Shown: positions 1 to 10,966 of the stretch, one piece after another
Numbering within the stretch: the stretch's first letter is position 1
Layout of the letters: the number at the start of each line of letters is the position of its first letter
Source: Candidatus Eiseniibacteriota bacterium
GTDB lineage: Bacteria > Eisenbacteria > RBG-16-71-46 > JABDJR01
Assembly (NCBI GenBank): GCA_963783375.1
Contig: CAWANH010000017.1
Location: 87,163-151,162 of the forward strand
Length of the DNA stretch: 64,000 bases
Reading direction: 5' to 3'
Made by a program: the position numbers and the translations under genes
Notes under the pieces: generated by a model
What the model saw: only the letters and a program-made list of their open reading frames with translations
What the model was told of the DNA's origin: nothing
Database searches by the model: none

Positions 1-447
1 CAGGATCGGGCCCAGGAAGTGGGGGAGGTTGAGGTCGGCGAGGCTCAGCCGGCTTCCGACCACCGAGATCCCCAGGAGCAGCAGGAAGTGGAAGATGTGG
101 GGGGTGAAGACGAGAAAGTCGAAGCTCCGGACCTTCCGGGTGAAGGAGCGCTCGGTGGGGAAGATGCTGGCGAAGAGGAAGAGGGTGGGGAAGAAGAACT
201 CCCAGAGGTAGGAGAAGTGCCCGAGGATGCCCTGGGGGAGGGCGCGGGCCGCCTCGTTCAGATGGGGGCTCGACCCCAGGAATCCCATGGCGGCGAGGAT
301 GGAACCCAGGCCGCCGAAGAACAGCATGAACGCCACCGCCCGGTTGAGCTTCTGGCGGGGATTCTCCCGGAGGATGACCAGCCCCAGGAGGAACACCAGC
401 CCTCCCAGAACGAGATCCAGCGTGGCGAGGATGAAGAAGGAGTTCAT
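1..447 (-). CDS. N-terminal multi-TM sensor domain (HisKA_7TM-like) of a probable signalling protein; runs off the window edge
   Basis: Own translation from ATG at 447: MNSFFILATLDLVLGGLVFLLGLVILRENPRQKLNRAVAFMLFFGGLG...; several TM helices, open to position 1; absent from the ORF track because it is truncated. Confidence 0.7.
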   Translation of the reverse strand, partial: MNSFFILATLDLVLGGLVFLLGLVILRENPRQKLNRAVAFMLFFGGLGSILAAMGFLGSSPHLNEAARALPQGILGHFSYLWEFFFPTLFLFASIFPTERSFTRKVRSFDFLVFTPHIFHFLLLLGISVVGSRLSLADLNLPHFLGPIL

Positions 448-496
448 GAATGCGATTCAGGCTTCGGGCCGGACGGCCCCCCGGCCGGCCCCTCCA

Positions 497-1255
497 TCAT
501 ACGGGGGGGGCGGCGGGAAGGTTGCCGAGGAATCCCTCGATCTGGAGGCGGTGCCGGTGCCAGTGCATGATCGCGTGCTCCAGCATCGTGTCCACGTTCG
601 AGACCGATCCCCAGTTCGTGAGGTAGGTCCGGTCCTCCATGCGTCCTTCCGGGATCGGCGCCACCGTGGCCTCGAGATCCCGCCGGAGAGCGGCCAGGGT
701 TCCCATCACCTCTTCCCCCGACGTCATGGCCATCACCTCCGCGGGGGTGTGGGCGGGCCCGGTGTCCGCGAGCCCCATCACCCGCCGGATCCAGGCCAGG
801 TAGCTGTAGCCGCAGGCTACGGCGTGGCGGATCGCCTCGGAGAAGACGGTCTCCTTGGCCCCGCGGTGGGTCGGCATCACCAGGTGCTCGGGAGCCAGGC
901 GCGCCGCGGCGGCCTCGAACTGGTCCTGCGCCTCCAGCCACAACCGTATGAGCGCCCGGGCCGGTCGAAGGTTGCGGTCGGCCCGCGCTTGCTCCAGCCG
1001 GGCCAGGCGCTCCTCCACCCCGGCGACGAACCCGGTCTCGGCCTCGGTGAGGGGTCGGCCGGGAGCCCCCACCTCCACGGTGAGGGTGGACCCTTCGGTG
1101 CGGTAGCGGGGGACGGCGCCGGTCCGGGCGGCCACCGCGCACAGGGCCGAGGCCAGGTCGTGAGGGCCCAGGGGGTCCTCGAAGGTGAAGGCGCGGGCGC
1201 GCCCGGTGTCGGTAACCCGCCAGTCGTCGGGGACTTGGGTGGTGTTTTCGGACAT
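497..1255 (-). CDS. Pterin-4a-carbinolamine dehydratase-like domain fused to a DinB/YfiT-family domain
   Basis: N-term DWRVTDTGRARAFTFED...LTEAE resembles the PCD pattern; C-term IRHAV...MLEHAIMHWHRHRLQI is a DinB His signature; AGGAG RBS. Confidence 0.65.
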   Translation of the reverse strand: MSENTTQVPDDWRVTDTGRARAFTFEDPLGPHDLASALCAVAARTGAVPRYRTEGSTLTVEVGAPGRPLTEAETGFVAGVEERLARLEQARADRNLRPARALIRLWLEAQDQFEAAAARLAPEHLVMPTHRGAKETVFSEAIRHAVACGYSYLAWIRRVMGLADTGPAHTPAEVMAMTSGEEVMGTLAALRRDLEATVAPIPEGRMEDRTYLTNWGSVSNVDTMLEHAIMHWHRHRLQIEGFLGNLPAAPPV

Positions 1256-1373
1256 GGTCTCTCCTGGTCGGCGGCCCGTCGATTCCCGTGGGGCAGAGTG
1301 TACCCAATCGGACCGCGCGCGGGGACCGGCCGCCGCGGGCGGGATCCGGCGCCGGGCCGGGCCGCCGGGGGGG

Positions 1374-2519
1374 CTACTGGAACCGGAAGGTCCGTACCGC
1401 GGCCCACCCCACCGCGATCGTCGCCGCCGCCATCACCACCAGGTGCCCGATCACCGCGGTGGGGGGATCCCCGAAATTCACCAGCTTGTGCAGCGCGTCC
1501 ATGGCCCAGCCGGTAGGAAGGAAGAGGGCCAGGTGCTGCATCCACTGGGGGGTGATCTCGATCGGCCACCAGCATCCGCCCAGGGCGGCGAGCACGTTGC
1601 TGGCCAGGACTCCGATCCCCACCGCCTGGCCCTCGCTCCGGGAGAGGTTCCCGAGCACGATCCCCAGCATGGCGACCAGGGACGCGTAGATCACCAGCAC
1701 CAGGATGAGGGTAGGTAGGTGCGGCCCCCAGTCCACCCGGAAAAGCACGGTGCCCGCGCCCATGGCGAAGCCGAGCTGAACGATCCCCAGGCCGAGCCGT
1801 CCGCCCCATTTCCCCAGGATGATCCCGCTCCGGGAAAGGGGGGAGGAAGCCAGCCGGCGGAGCAGGCCTTCCTTCCGCTCGATCACCAGCAGGATCGCCC
1901 CCGAGGTCAGCATCACCAGGAGCGTGAACATGACCATGGTCCCGGGGACCGCCTGGTCGAACCCGCTGGGGAAGACCTTCCGATGCCCGGCGCGCTCCAC
2001 CTGGAGTTTCAGGGGGCGCGGGGCCTCCGCCATGGCGGCCAGGGTGGCGGGATCGGGGGCGCCGCCGGTCTCCGCCACCGCGATCAGGTCCCCCAACACC
2101 GCGTAGGCCGCCCGCTGCACCCGCACCTTGTAGTAGCTCCCGCCCAGGTCTTCGCTTCGGCGGGTCAGGGTGAGGGTCATCGGATGCCCGGCGATCACCG
2201 AGTCGGTGAAGGCGGCCGGAATCGTCAGCCGAGGCGCCTTCGAATCGGCGGCCAGGCTCTCCACGGGGACCAGCCGGAAATCGGCCTGTTCCAGGCGGCG
2301 AACGAGCTGGTCGGCGAGAAAACCCGCCTCGGGGGAGCGATCGAGGGCGAGGAGGTCGCCCCCGGGCGCGCCGGAGGAGCCGAAGCCCCCGGTGATCGTC
2401 CCGATGAAGAAGAAGAACACGATCGGCATGAGGAACGTCCAGAGGAGGGTCTCCCGCTGGCGGAGCATGTAGCGGAGGTCCTTCCCCGCGATGAAGAGGG
2501 CGGTTCTTCGGACGTTCAT
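1374..2519 (-). CDS. ABC-2 type exporter permease
   Basis: N-term TM, extracytoplasmic loop, ERKEGLLRRL..SP motif, LGGCWWP, C-terminal TM bundle. Confidence 0.92.
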   Translation of the reverse strand: MNVRRTALFIAGKDLRYMLRQRETLLWTFLMPIVFFFFIGTITGGFGSSGAPGGDLLALDRSPEAGFLADQLVRRLEQADFRLVPVESLAADSKAPRLTIPAAFTDSVIAGHPMTLTLTRRSEDLGGSYYKVRVQRAAYAVLGDLIAVAETGGAPDPATLAAMAEAPRPLKLQVERAGHRKVFPSGFDQAVPGTMVMFTLLVMLTSGAILLVIERKEGLLRRLASSPLSRSGIILGKWGGRLGLGIVQLGFAMGAGTVLFRVDWGPHLPTLILVLVIYASLVAMLGIVLGNLSRSEGQAVGIGVLASNVLAALGGCWWPIEITPQWMQHLALFLPTGWAMDALHKLVNFGDPPTAVIGHLVVMAAATIAVGWAAVRTFRFQ

Positions 2520-2522
2520 GGT

Positions 2523-3761
2523 TCAGCCCTTGACGAACGCCCGGAGCCGGGCGAGGCAGAGGAGGAAGAGGATCGTCGAACCGGCGAGAAGCCCGATCAC
2601 CGAGATCAGGAGGGTTCCGGGGTCGACGGTTCCGGCGAAGATCTCCTTCAGCCGGACGAGGATCCACCCGTTGGGGGTGAGGCGGCCGATCCGGGCCATC
2701 CAGTCCGGCATGGCCTCGAAGGGGAAGAACGACCCGCCGAGCATGATCAGCGGAAAGACGATGGCCGTGCTCAGGAGGTTCCCCCCGCGCTGACTGGTGG
2801 CCGAGATCTGGATGATGGTGAAGAAGAGGAGCATCCCCGCGCCGGAGAGGAACGTCCAGGCCACGGCCAGGGGGATGTCGGCCATGGGGATGGAGAAGAT
2901 GAAGAGGCCGACCGCCACCCCGCCCAGGATCACCGCGCCCAGGAGCAGCGAGCCCGCCGCCACCTTGCCGGCCAGGTGGATCCAGAGCCGCTGGGGGGTG
3001 GTCACGGTGCGACGAAGCGTACCCTGCATGCGCTCCTTCCAGAAATCGTCGCTCAGGCTCTGGGCCCCGAAGATCACCGCCATGAAGAAGAGCCCGGGGA
3101 AGAAGAGGGTGCCGAAGTTGAAGGACTCGTCATCCTCGGCCGCCTCCAGGTTCACGGTCTCCACCTTGATGGCGGGAGGGAAGAGATAGGGCTGGGCGCT
3201 CTCCACCAGCCGGTTGATCGTGGTGGAGAACCGGGCCACCGTGGTGTCGGGGAGCGTGACCCGGCCCGGGGGAGGCTCCCGGGTAAGGGTTTCCGAGGCG
3301 GAACCCAGCACCTGCTGGCCGATCCCCACCGCGTCCACCATGGAGCCCAGGACTCCTTCCAGGATCCCGGGAAGGATGCGCTGGGCGGGGTTGGTGAGGA
3401 GGGTGAGGGTGACCGGCTCGCGGTTGAACACCTTGTCCGCGAAGCCCTTCGGAATGACGAGGAGGCCCGAGGCCTTGCCGTCCCCCAGATCGGCCCGGCC
3501 CTGCTCTTCGGTGGCCGGAACGACGTCGATCAGCTCGGCCAGCTGCCCCTGTTCGAAGGCCCCGCTCAGGAACCGGCTCACGAAGGTGCTGTCGTGATCG
3601 GCGACGAGGAGGCGCGCGGTGGGAGTGCCGCCGCTCCCGCCGGTGGCCAGCCGGAGCAGGAGCCCGATCACCAGGGGGAGCCCCACGGTGAGCGCGATGG
3701 CCGCCGGATCCTGGACCAGCCGGCGGACGTCCTTGCTGACGCAGGCGCGGAAGAAGCTCAT
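2523..3761 (-). CDS. ABC-2 type exporter permease
   Basis: ERMQGTLRR..TTP motif, LGGSFFP..MP.W, same topology as its neighbour. Confidence 0.92.
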   Translation of the reverse strand: MSFFRACVSKDVRRLVQDPAAIALTVGLPLVIGLLLRLATGGSGGTPTARLLVADHDSTFVSRFLSGAFEQGQLAELIDVVPATEEQGRADLGDGKASGLLVIPKGFADKVFNREPVTLTLLTNPAQRILPGILEGVLGSMVDAVGIGQQVLGSASETLTREPPPGRVTLPDTTVARFSTTINRLVESAQPYLFPPAIKVETVNLEAAEDDESFNFGTLFFPGLFFMAVIFGAQSLSDDFWKERMQGTLRRTVTTPQRLWIHLAGKVAAGSLLLGAVILGGVAVGLFIFSIPMADIPLAVAWTFLSGAGMLLFFTIIQISATSQRGGNLLSTAIVFPLIMLGGSFFPFEAMPDWMARIGRLTPNGWILVRLKEIFAGTVDPGTLLISVIGLLAGSTILFLLCLARLRAFVKG

Positions 3762-3780
3762 CGCGAGGCTCCGGCGCGCA

Positions 3781-4710
3781 TCACTCCCGGAGCTCCTTCC
3801 CGGTGAGCTTGATGAAGAGGCTCTCGAGGCTGGGCTGGGTCACCGTGGTCTCGCGAAGCTCCGCCCCCGCCGCGTCCAGGGCGTGAAACAGCTGGGGGAG
3901 CCTCTGGGAGCCGTGGGCCATGGACAGGGTGAGGTGCTCCGCGTCGGCCAACACCACCTCGGTGTCTTCCATCGGCCGGACGATCTCCGCCGCGCGCTCG
4001 GCCGGGAAGCGCCCGGTCAGCCGGACAATGTCCCGCTGGCCGGTCTGGGCGCGGAGTTCGAGGAGGGTGCCCTGGGCGATGAGCTTCCCGTGATCGATGA
4101 TTCCGAGCCGGTCGCAGAGCCCTTCCGCCTCTTCCATGTAATGGGTGGTGTAGAGGACACAGGTCCCGGCCGCCGCCTGTTCCCGCACCAGATCCAGCAG
4201 CCGGACCCGGCTCTGGGGATCGACGCCCACCGTCGGCTCGTCCAGGAGCAGCACCTTGGGTTCGTGGACGATGCCGCAGGCGAAGTTCAGCCGTCGCTTC
4301 ATCCCCCCGCTGAACCGCTTGACCGGCTCCTTGGCCCGGTCGACCAGGCCGGTGAGGTCGAGCACCGCGCGGACGCGGTCGGCCAGGTGCGATCCGGTGA
4401 GACCGTAGGCCGCTCCCCAGTAGCGCAGGTTCTCGGTGGCCGAGACCTCCTCGTAGATCGCGATCTCCTGGGGCACGACCCCCAGCGCCTGGCGGGCGGC
4501 GGTCCCGTCGGTGACCACGTCGTGGCCCAGGATCCGCACCCGTCCCGCGGTGGGTTTGAGGAGCCCGGAGATGCAGGAGATGGTGGTGGTCTTCCCGGCC
4601 CCGTTCGGTCCCAGCAGGCCGAAGATCGCGCCGGGTTCGGCGGTGAAGCTCACCCCGTCCACCGCGGCCAGGTCGCCGTAGTACTTTCTGAGTTCCTCGA
4701 CTTCGATCAC
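3781..4710 (-). CDS. ABC exporter ATP-binding protein
   Basis: Walker A GPNGAGKTT, signature FSGGMKRR, Walker B LLLDEPT; GTG start at 4710 after AAGGAGG. Confidence 0.95.
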   Translation of the reverse strand: MIEVEELRKYYGDLAAVDGVSFTAEPGAIFGLLGPNGAGKTTTISCISGLLKPTAGRVRILGHDVVTDGTAARQALGVVPQEIAIYEEVSATENLRYWGAAYGLTGSHLADRVRAVLDLTGLVDRAKEPVKRFSGGMKRRLNFACGIVHEPKVLLLDEPTVGVDPQSRVRLLDLVREQAAAGTCVLYTTHYMEEAEGLCDRLGIIDHGKLIAQGTLLELRAQTGQRDIVRLTGRFPAERAAEIVRPMEDTEVVLADAEHLTLSMAHGSQRLPQLFHALDAAGAELRETTVTQPSLESLFIKLTGKELRE

Positions 4711-4723
4711 GAGCGCCCTCCTT

Positions 4724-4752
4724 GGGACCATCCCGGCTGGGGACCATCCCGG
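4724..4752. repeat. 13-bp direct repeat GGGACCATCCCGG x2 upstream of the ABC operon
   Basis: Copies at 4724-4736 and 4740-4752, lying between a TACAAT-like -10 box (minus strand, ~4761-4766) and the RBS. Confidence 0.6.
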
Positions 4753-4907
4753 GGTCTCGAATTGTATACAGTCCGGTTACGATTGCCAGTCGATTCTACA
4801 GGTGTAGGAATAGGCGGGGCGGATGCCGGGAGCGATCCCGGGGGTCCGGGGACCGCCGCCGGGGCCTCGGGGGCGCGCCCCGGCGCCCCGGGGGTTGCCC
4901 GGACCCC

Positions 4908-4935
4908 TGGACAGCCCGCCCCCCGGGGATATACT
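4908..4935 (+). promoter_or_regulatory. Putative sigma-70 promoter of clpB
   Basis: TGGACA-16 bp-TATACT about 40 bp upstream of the clpB ATG. Confidence 0.45.
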
Positions 4936-4975
4936 CGATCCCGGATCACGACACCGGCACCAATGAGGTAAGTCA

Positions 4976-7627
4976 ATGGACTTGAACAGATTAACCCAGA
5001 AGTCCCAGGAGGCGTTCCAGGCCGCCCAGACCAAAGCGCTGCGCTACGGAAACCCAGAGGTGGACGGGGAGCACGTGCTCCTGGCGCTCCTGGAGCAGCC
5101 GGACGGGCTGGCTCCGCGGCTCTTGAAGCGGCTGGACGTGGATCCGGAGATGGTGCGGACCGAGGTGGAGCGGGAGCTCGACCGCCGGCCCCGCCAGTCC
5201 GGGCCCGGAGTGGAGCCGGGGAAGCTCTACGTCTCGAACCGGCTGGTGCGGCTCATGGACCAAGCCGAGGAGGAGCGGAAGCGGCTGAAGGACGAGTACG
5301 TCTCGGTGGAGCACATCGTCCTCGCCATGATCGACGAGGGGGAGGCCACCGCGGCGGGGAAGGTGCTCAAGACCTTCGGCGTCTCCCGGGAGAACTTTCT
5401 CGCCGCGTTGACCGCGGTCCGCGGCCACCAGCGGGTGACCAGCGCCACCCCGGAGTCGGCCTACGAGGCGCTGGAGAAGTACGGGGTGGACCTGGTGGCC
5501 CAGGCCAGGGCCAACAAGCTCGATCCGGTGATCGGCCGCGACGCGGAAATCCGGAGGGTGATCCGCATTCTTTCCAGAAAGACCAAGAACAACCCGGTAT
5601 TGATCGGGGAGCCCGGGGTGGGGAAGACGGCCATCGTCGAAGGGCTCGCCCAGCGGGTGGTGAGGGGCGATGTGCCGGAGTGGCTCAAGGACCGCTCGAT
5701 CTTCTCCCTGGACATGGGATCGCTGCTGGCCGGGGCGAAGTACCGCGGCGAGTTCGAGGAGCGGCTGAAGGCGGTGCTGAACGAGATCAAGGAGAGCGAG
5801 GGGCAGGTGCTCCTCTTCATCGACGAGCTTCACAACATCGTGGGGGCGGGCCGGACCGAGGGCTCGACCGACGCCGGGAATCTCCTCAAGCCCATGCTGG
5901 CCCGGGGGGAGCTCCACTGCATCGGCGCCACCACCCTGGACGAGTACCGGAAGCACATCGAGAAGGACGCCGCCCTGGAGCGGCGGTTCCAGCCGGTGGT
6001 GGTGGACGCGCCCTCGGTGGAGGACACGGTCTCGATCCTCCGCGGCCTCCGCGAACGGTTCGAGGTCCATCACGGGGTGAAGATCCAGGACAACGCCCTG
6101 GTGGCGGCGGCGGTGCTCTCCAACCGCTACATCTCCGACCGCTTCCTCCCCGACAAGGCCATCGACCTGGTGGACGAGGCCTGCGCGATGATCCGGACCG
6201 AGATCGACTCCATGCCCGCGGAGCTGGACGAGGTCACCCGCCGGGTCATGCAGCTCGAGATCGAGGAGGCCGCCCTCAACAAGGAGAAGGACAAGGCCTC
6301 GAAGGAGCGATTGGAGGATCTCCGGCGCGAGCTGGCGGACCTGAAGGATCGCGCCAAGACCATGCGCGCCCAGTGGGACGAGGAGAAGGCGGCCCTGGCC
6401 GGGGTGCGGAAGCTCCGTGAGGAGCTGGAGCAGAAGCGCCAGGAGCTGGAGCGGGCGGAGCGCGACTACGACCTCAACCGGAGCGCCGAGCTCAAGCACG
6501 GGGTCATTCCCCAGCTCGAAAAGCGCCTCCAGGAGCACGAGACGAAGCTGGCCGGGGCGAAGGAGGGGGAGCGGCTCCTCCGCGAGGAGGTGACCGAGGA
6601 CGAGATCGCGGAGATCGTTTCCCGCTGGACCGGGATTCCGGTGACCCGGCTGGTGGAGGGGGAGCGGGAGAAGCTCCTCCGGCTGGACGAGATCCTCCAT
6701 CGCCGGGTGATCGGCCAGGACGAGGCGGTGAAGCTGGTGGCGGACGCGGTGATCCGGGCCCGGAGCGGCATCAAGGATCCGCGCCGTCCGATCGGGTCGT
6801 TCATCTTCCTGGGTCCGACCGGGGTGGGGAAGACCGAGCTGGCCAAGACCCTGGCCGAGGCGCTCTTCGACACCGAGGAGAACCTGATCCGGATCGACAT
6901 GTCCGAGTACATGGAACGCCACAATGTGTCGCGCCTGATCGGCGCGCCTCCGGGGTACGTGGGCTACGAGGAGGGGGGGCAGCTCACCGAGGCGGTGCGG
7001 CGGAAGCCCTTCGCGGTGATCCTGTTCGACGAGATCGAGAAGGCCCACCAGGACGTGTTCAACGTGCTGCTTCAGATCCTGGACGACGGCCGGGTCACCG
7101 ACGCCCAGGGCCGGACGGTGGACTTCAAGAACACGGTGATCATCATGACCTCGAACATCGGGTCTCACTTCCTGCTGGAAGGGGTGACCGCCGAGGGGGA
7201 GATCACGGAGAGCGCCCGCCAGGCGGTGATGCGGGAGATGCGCCAGCACTTCCGCCCCGAGTTCCTGAACCGGGTGGACGACATCGTGCTCTTCAAGCCG
7301 CTCAAGCTCGAGGAGATCGAGAAGATCGTGGACCTGTTGACCGAGGATCTCCGCCGGCGACTCTCCGACCGGAGCGTGTCCCTGGAGATGAGCGACGCGG
7401 CACGGGAGTTGGTGGCCCGCGAGGGGTTCGACCCGGTCTACGGGGCGCGGCCCTTGAAGCGCTACCTGCAGCACGAGCTGGAGAGCCGGATCGGGCGGTC
7501 GCTGATCGCGGGCGAGGTCCTGGACGGGGCCACGGTGAGGGTGGACGCGGTGGAGGGGGCGCTCACCGTGCGGGTGGAGAACCCCGCTCCGGCGCCCAGG
7601 GCGGCGGAGGAGAAGGCGGAGGCCTGA
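4976..7627 (+). CDS. clpB: ATP-dependent chaperone/disaggregase ClpB
   Basis: Two AAA+ modules ([16 protein letters not shown]), LDPVIGRD, coiled-coil middle domain, [21 protein letters not shown]. Confidence 0.98.
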   Translation: MDLNRLTQKSQEAFQAAQTKALRYGNPEVDGEHVLLALLEQPDGLAPRLLKRLDVDPEMVRTEVERELDRRPRQSGPGVEPGKLYVSNRLVRLMDQAEEERKRLKDEYVSVEHIVLAMIDEGEATAAGKVLKTFGVSRENFLAALTAVRGHQRVTSATPESAYEALEKYGVDLVAQARANKLDPVIGRDAEIRRVIRILSRKTKNNPVLIGEPGVGKTAIVEGLAQRVVRGDVPEWLKDRSIFSLDMGSLLAGAKYRGEFEERLKAVLNEIKESEGQVLLFIDELHNIVGAGRTEGSTDAGNLLKPMLARGELHCIGATTLDEYRKHIEKDAALERRFQPVVVDAPSVEDTVSILRGLRERFEVHHGVKIQDNALVAAAVLSNRYISDRFLPDKAIDLVDEACAMIRTEIDSMPAELDEVTRRVMQLEIEEAALNKEKDKASKERLEDLRRELADLKDRAKTMRAQWDEEKAALAGVRKLREELEQKRQELERAERDYDLNRSAELKHGVIPQLEKRLQEHETKLAGAKEGERLLREEVTEDEIAEIVSRWTGIPVTRLVEGEREKLLRLDEILHRRVIGQDEAVKLVADAVIRARSGIKDPRRPIGSFIFLGPTGVGKTELAKTLAEALFDTEENLIRIDMSEYMERHNVSRLIGAPPGYVGYEEGGQLTEAVRRKPFAVILFDEIEKAHQDVFNVLLQILDDGRVTDAQGRTVDFKNTVIIMTSNIGSHFLLEGVTAEGEITESARQAVMREMRQHFRPEFLNRVDDIVLFKPLKLEEIEKIVDLLTEDLRRRLSDRSVSLEMSDAARELVAREGFDPVYGARPLKRYLQHELESRIGRSLIAGEVLDGATVRVDAVEGALTVRVENPAPAPRAAEEKAEA

Positions 7628-7667
7628 TCCCGGGACGCCACGCCGGGGTCGCTCAGCGCGAGGGTCG

Positions 7668-8396
7668 ATGGAAGAGGAAGACGTCGTGGTCGTGGAACGA
7701 TCGGGCGGTCCGAAGTCCTGGCCGTTCCTGGTTCTGGTTCCCCTGGTTCCCGTGTTCTCGCTCCTGGTGCTTCGAAACGTGTGGTGGACCTTCGCGCTCT
7801 ACCACCTCGGCGGGTGCTTGGCGCTTCCGCTCATTCATTCGCTGCTCGTCCGCCGGGTCGGTCTAGGCCGGCATCTGGAGCTGGCGGGGCTCCGCTCGGA
7901 GGAGCACGGCCCGTGGCCGGGGATCGCGATGGGCGCGGCGCTCGGCCTGGTCCTCGGCGGCGGGACGGTGGCGGTGTTCGCGTTCGGGCACGAGGCGTTC
8001 CTCGCCGGCCGCGACATCACCGCCGCGCTGGCCGCGTGGGGGATCACCCCGAAAACGGCACCGCTGATGCTCGCGTTCATGATCCTGGGGAACGGCGCAT
8101 CGGAGGAGCTCTACTGGCGCGGCTGGCTCCAGACGAGGCTCCGCGCCGGGCACCGGATCGTGTTCGCCGTTCCGGTCGGGGCCGCGGCCTACGCCAGCTA
8201 CCACCTGGTCACGGTGACGTCCTTCGCCCCCGGCCCCGCGGTCGTGTTCCTCTTCATGGCCGGGATCTACGGGGCGGGCGTCCTCTTCGGATGGCTCCGG
8301 GAGCGGTTCGGCACGGTGTGGCCGCCCCTCCTCGCCCATACCGGGGCCACCGCGGGCTACATGGCGGTGTACCTCATCTGGGTGGCGGGGCGGTGA
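7668..8396 (+). CDS. CPBP (CAAX/Abi) intramembrane metalloprotease
   Basis: EELYWRG, YASYH and LLAH motifs in a multi-TM protein. Confidence 0.85.
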   Translation: MEEEDVVVVERSGGPKSWPFLVLVPLVPVFSLLVLRNVWWTFALYHLGGCLALPLIHSLLVRRVGLGRHLELAGLRSEEHGPWPGIAMGAALGLVLGGGTVAVFAFGHEAFLAGRDITAALAAWGITPKTAPLMLAFMILGNGASEELYWRGWLQTRLRAGHRIVFAVPVGAAAYASYHLVTVTSFAPGPAVVFLFMAGIYGAGVLFGWLRERFGTVWPPLLAHTGATAGYMAVYLIWVAGR

Positions 8397-8414
8397 GGCG
8401 AGCGAGGACCGGGC

Positions 8415-10858
8415 TCAGCGACCGCCGCCCGCCAGCCGTTGCGACGCGTCCCGCCCCTCGGCCAGCGACTTGTCGCCGGTGTCGTCCAAGCGGATCGCCT
8501 CCTCCCACCGCCCGACCGCTTCGCCGTGGCGCCCGAGGGCGTCCAGGGCCCGGGCGTGCCAGGCGCAGGTGTAGCTGCGGAAGTAGCGGGCGGTGGGGTT
8601 ACGCGGCTCGCGATCCAGGACCCAGGCGAGGGTCTCCTCGGCCTTGTCGAACCACGGCAGGGCGGCGGCGGGCCGGTCACGCCGGGCTTCGAGCTCGCCG
8701 AGGTTGGTGTAGGTGCTGGCCAGCTTGAGCCGGTAATCGACGATGGCCGGATGATCGGTCACCAGCGATGCCCGCACTGCCTGCTCCTGGTCGTAGGCCA
8801 AGGCGGAGGCCGCGTAGTCCTTCCGCAGCATCTCCACGCCGCCCAGGTTGCTGTAGAGCGCGGCCACGGTGTGCCGGTACTCCGCGCTGCGTGGGTGCCG
8901 GGCCACCAGACTGTCGCCGGAGGCGGCGGCGTCCACGAGGATGGCGCGGGCCTCGTCCAGGCGGCCCCGCCGCGCGTAGAAGGCCGACAGGTTGACCACG
9001 CTCTGCAGGACCGCCATGCGGGTGTCCGGGTCCTCCGGCGCCGCCGCGGAGATGGACCGCCGCAGCTCCAGTCCCGCCCGCAGCTTCCGTTCTGCCTCCT
9101 CCGGGTGGTCTCTCTGCTCCAGGAGCTGTCCCCAGCTGTCCAGGAGGTTGCCGTGCTGGGTCCGCGTCACCCGGTCGGTGGGGTCCTCGGCCAGGAGACT
9201 GTCCTCGACGGCGGCGGCCGTGTCGTATTCGGCGGCGGCGACATCCACCTGTCCGGACTGGGCCAGCACCAGCGCCAGATCGCCGTGGAGGCCGGCGACG
9301 CGGCGGCGGTGGTCCCGAGCGGCGCGCGCCTCGGGCGACATGGCCGCCAGCGCCGCCAGTCCGCGCCGGTACTCCTGCTGGGAACCTTCGTTGTCCCCCA
9401 CGAGCCGTGAGATGTCGCCCAGACGCTGGTGGCTGAGGGCCAGGTCCTCGCCCAGGGTCTCGTGGCCGTGCTGGCGGCCGGCCAGCTCATCGTAGAAATC
9501 CCGGGCCGTGGCCAGGAGCTTCTGCCTCAGCTCGTCCAGCCCGCCCTGGGCCAGCTCGGGGCTCTCAGCCACGTTGGTCAGGTAACGGTCCACCGCGCCC
9601 TTGGCCAGGCCGAAGTTGTCGCGGGCCTCCGCCTCCGCCGCGACTTCACGGCGGTAGCTGGAGGTTGCGCGCCCGTAGAGCACGGCCATGCCGGCGCCGA
9701 AGGCGACGATCGTCACCAGCAGCACGGCCAGGAAGACCGCCGGCACCCGGTGGCGCGCCACCAGCTTGCGCACCTGGTAGACGGTGCTCGGCGGCCGCGC
9801 GACGATGGGTTGCGAGGCCAGGAAGCGGTCCACGTCCTCGCCCAGGGCCGCGGCGCTGGCGTAGCGCCGGTCCGGTTCCTTCTCGAGGGTCTTGCCCACG
9901 ATCGTCGCGACGTCGGGATCGAGCCGCACGCCCGCCCCGACCGTCCGGCCCAGCGGTCGAGGCGGCTCCTCGCAGATGACCCGCACCGCATCCAAGAGGA
10001 CCGACTTGTCGAGGTCGTGCGGCCGGATCCCGGCCAGCATCTCGTACAGGATCACGCCGAGCGCGTAGACGTCGGTGCGCACGTCGATGGCGTCGCCGTC
10101 GCCCCGGGCCTGCTCGGGGCTCATGTAGGGCAACGTGCCCTTGATGACGCCGACCTCGGTGAGCATGGACGGCGCCTGCAGATCCTGGTCGACGATCCGC
10201 GCCAACCCGAAGTCCAGGATCTTGACCGCCGGTAGCCGCAGCGCCGTCGACTCGTCGCCGGCCAGGGTTGCGTGCTCATCGGTCACGATGATGTTGGCCG
10301 GCTTGAGATCCCGATGGATCACCCCGCGCTGGTGCGCGTAGTGGACGGCCTCGCAGATGGTGCGGAACAGGCGCAGGCGGAAGCGCAGCTCGTCCCGGTC
10401 CGCGATCGCTCCGCGCGCGGCGAGGAAACCGCCGAGGGTGGGCCCCCGCACCAGTTCCATGGCGAAGAAGTGCTGTCCGTCCCCGGTGTGTCCCGACTCG
10501 TAGACGGCGCCGATGTTCGGGTGCTTCAGCCGCGCGAGGGTCTCGGCCTCGCGCCGGAACGACCGCACGGTCGCGGCGTCCACGAACTGACCCCCGCGGA
10601 TGACTTTGAGCGCGACACGGCGGGTGGGAGACTGCTGCTCGGCTTCATACACCACCCCCATGCCTCCCCGTCCCAGCACGCCGAGGATGCGGTAGGGGCC
10701 GATCGCCTCGGGAGGCGACGGCGCCGCGTCGGCGGAGAGGTCGGCGCTCGAATCGACGGTGGGCATGGCCGCCCGGCGGGAGATGGCGTGGCGAAGGTCT
10801 CCTCGTCGGAGAACCGCCTTGATCCCGGCTCCGGATCGGGCGTCGGTTTATCCGGCAA
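8415..10858 (-). CDS. Hanks-type Ser/Thr kinase with TM helix and C-terminal TPR repeats (probable 1-nt frameshift near 10775)
   Basis: GRGGMG, VALK, HRDLKPAN, DFG, YMSPEQ; main ORF 8415-10766; a GGAGG RBS plus TTG at 10858 opens an out-of-frame N-terminal segment (..DEETFAT..). Confidence 0.9.
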
Positions 10859-10966
10859 TGGTGTCCTCCCGTGTCTCGGATCCGGGTGCGGTCCGGGACC
10901 ACCGGTCCTCGAACCGACCGGCTGCCCCGCTTCGACGACGCTCCCGGCGCCGCGCCCGCGGTTCGG

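Noticed and set aside
4800-4975. CIRCE/CtsR/HAIR heat-shock operator or RNA thermometer before clpB
   Set aside because: No consensus match; the GC-rich hairpin lies upstream of the putative promoter
4991-7474. Long antisense ORFs (here and opposite nuo, asnB and others)
   Set aside because: Shadow ORFs expected from high-GC codon bias opposite well-supported genes
7668-8396. CAAX/Abi protein as a phage-defence gene
   Set aside because: CPBP proteases are not validated Abi systems, and there is no defence-island context
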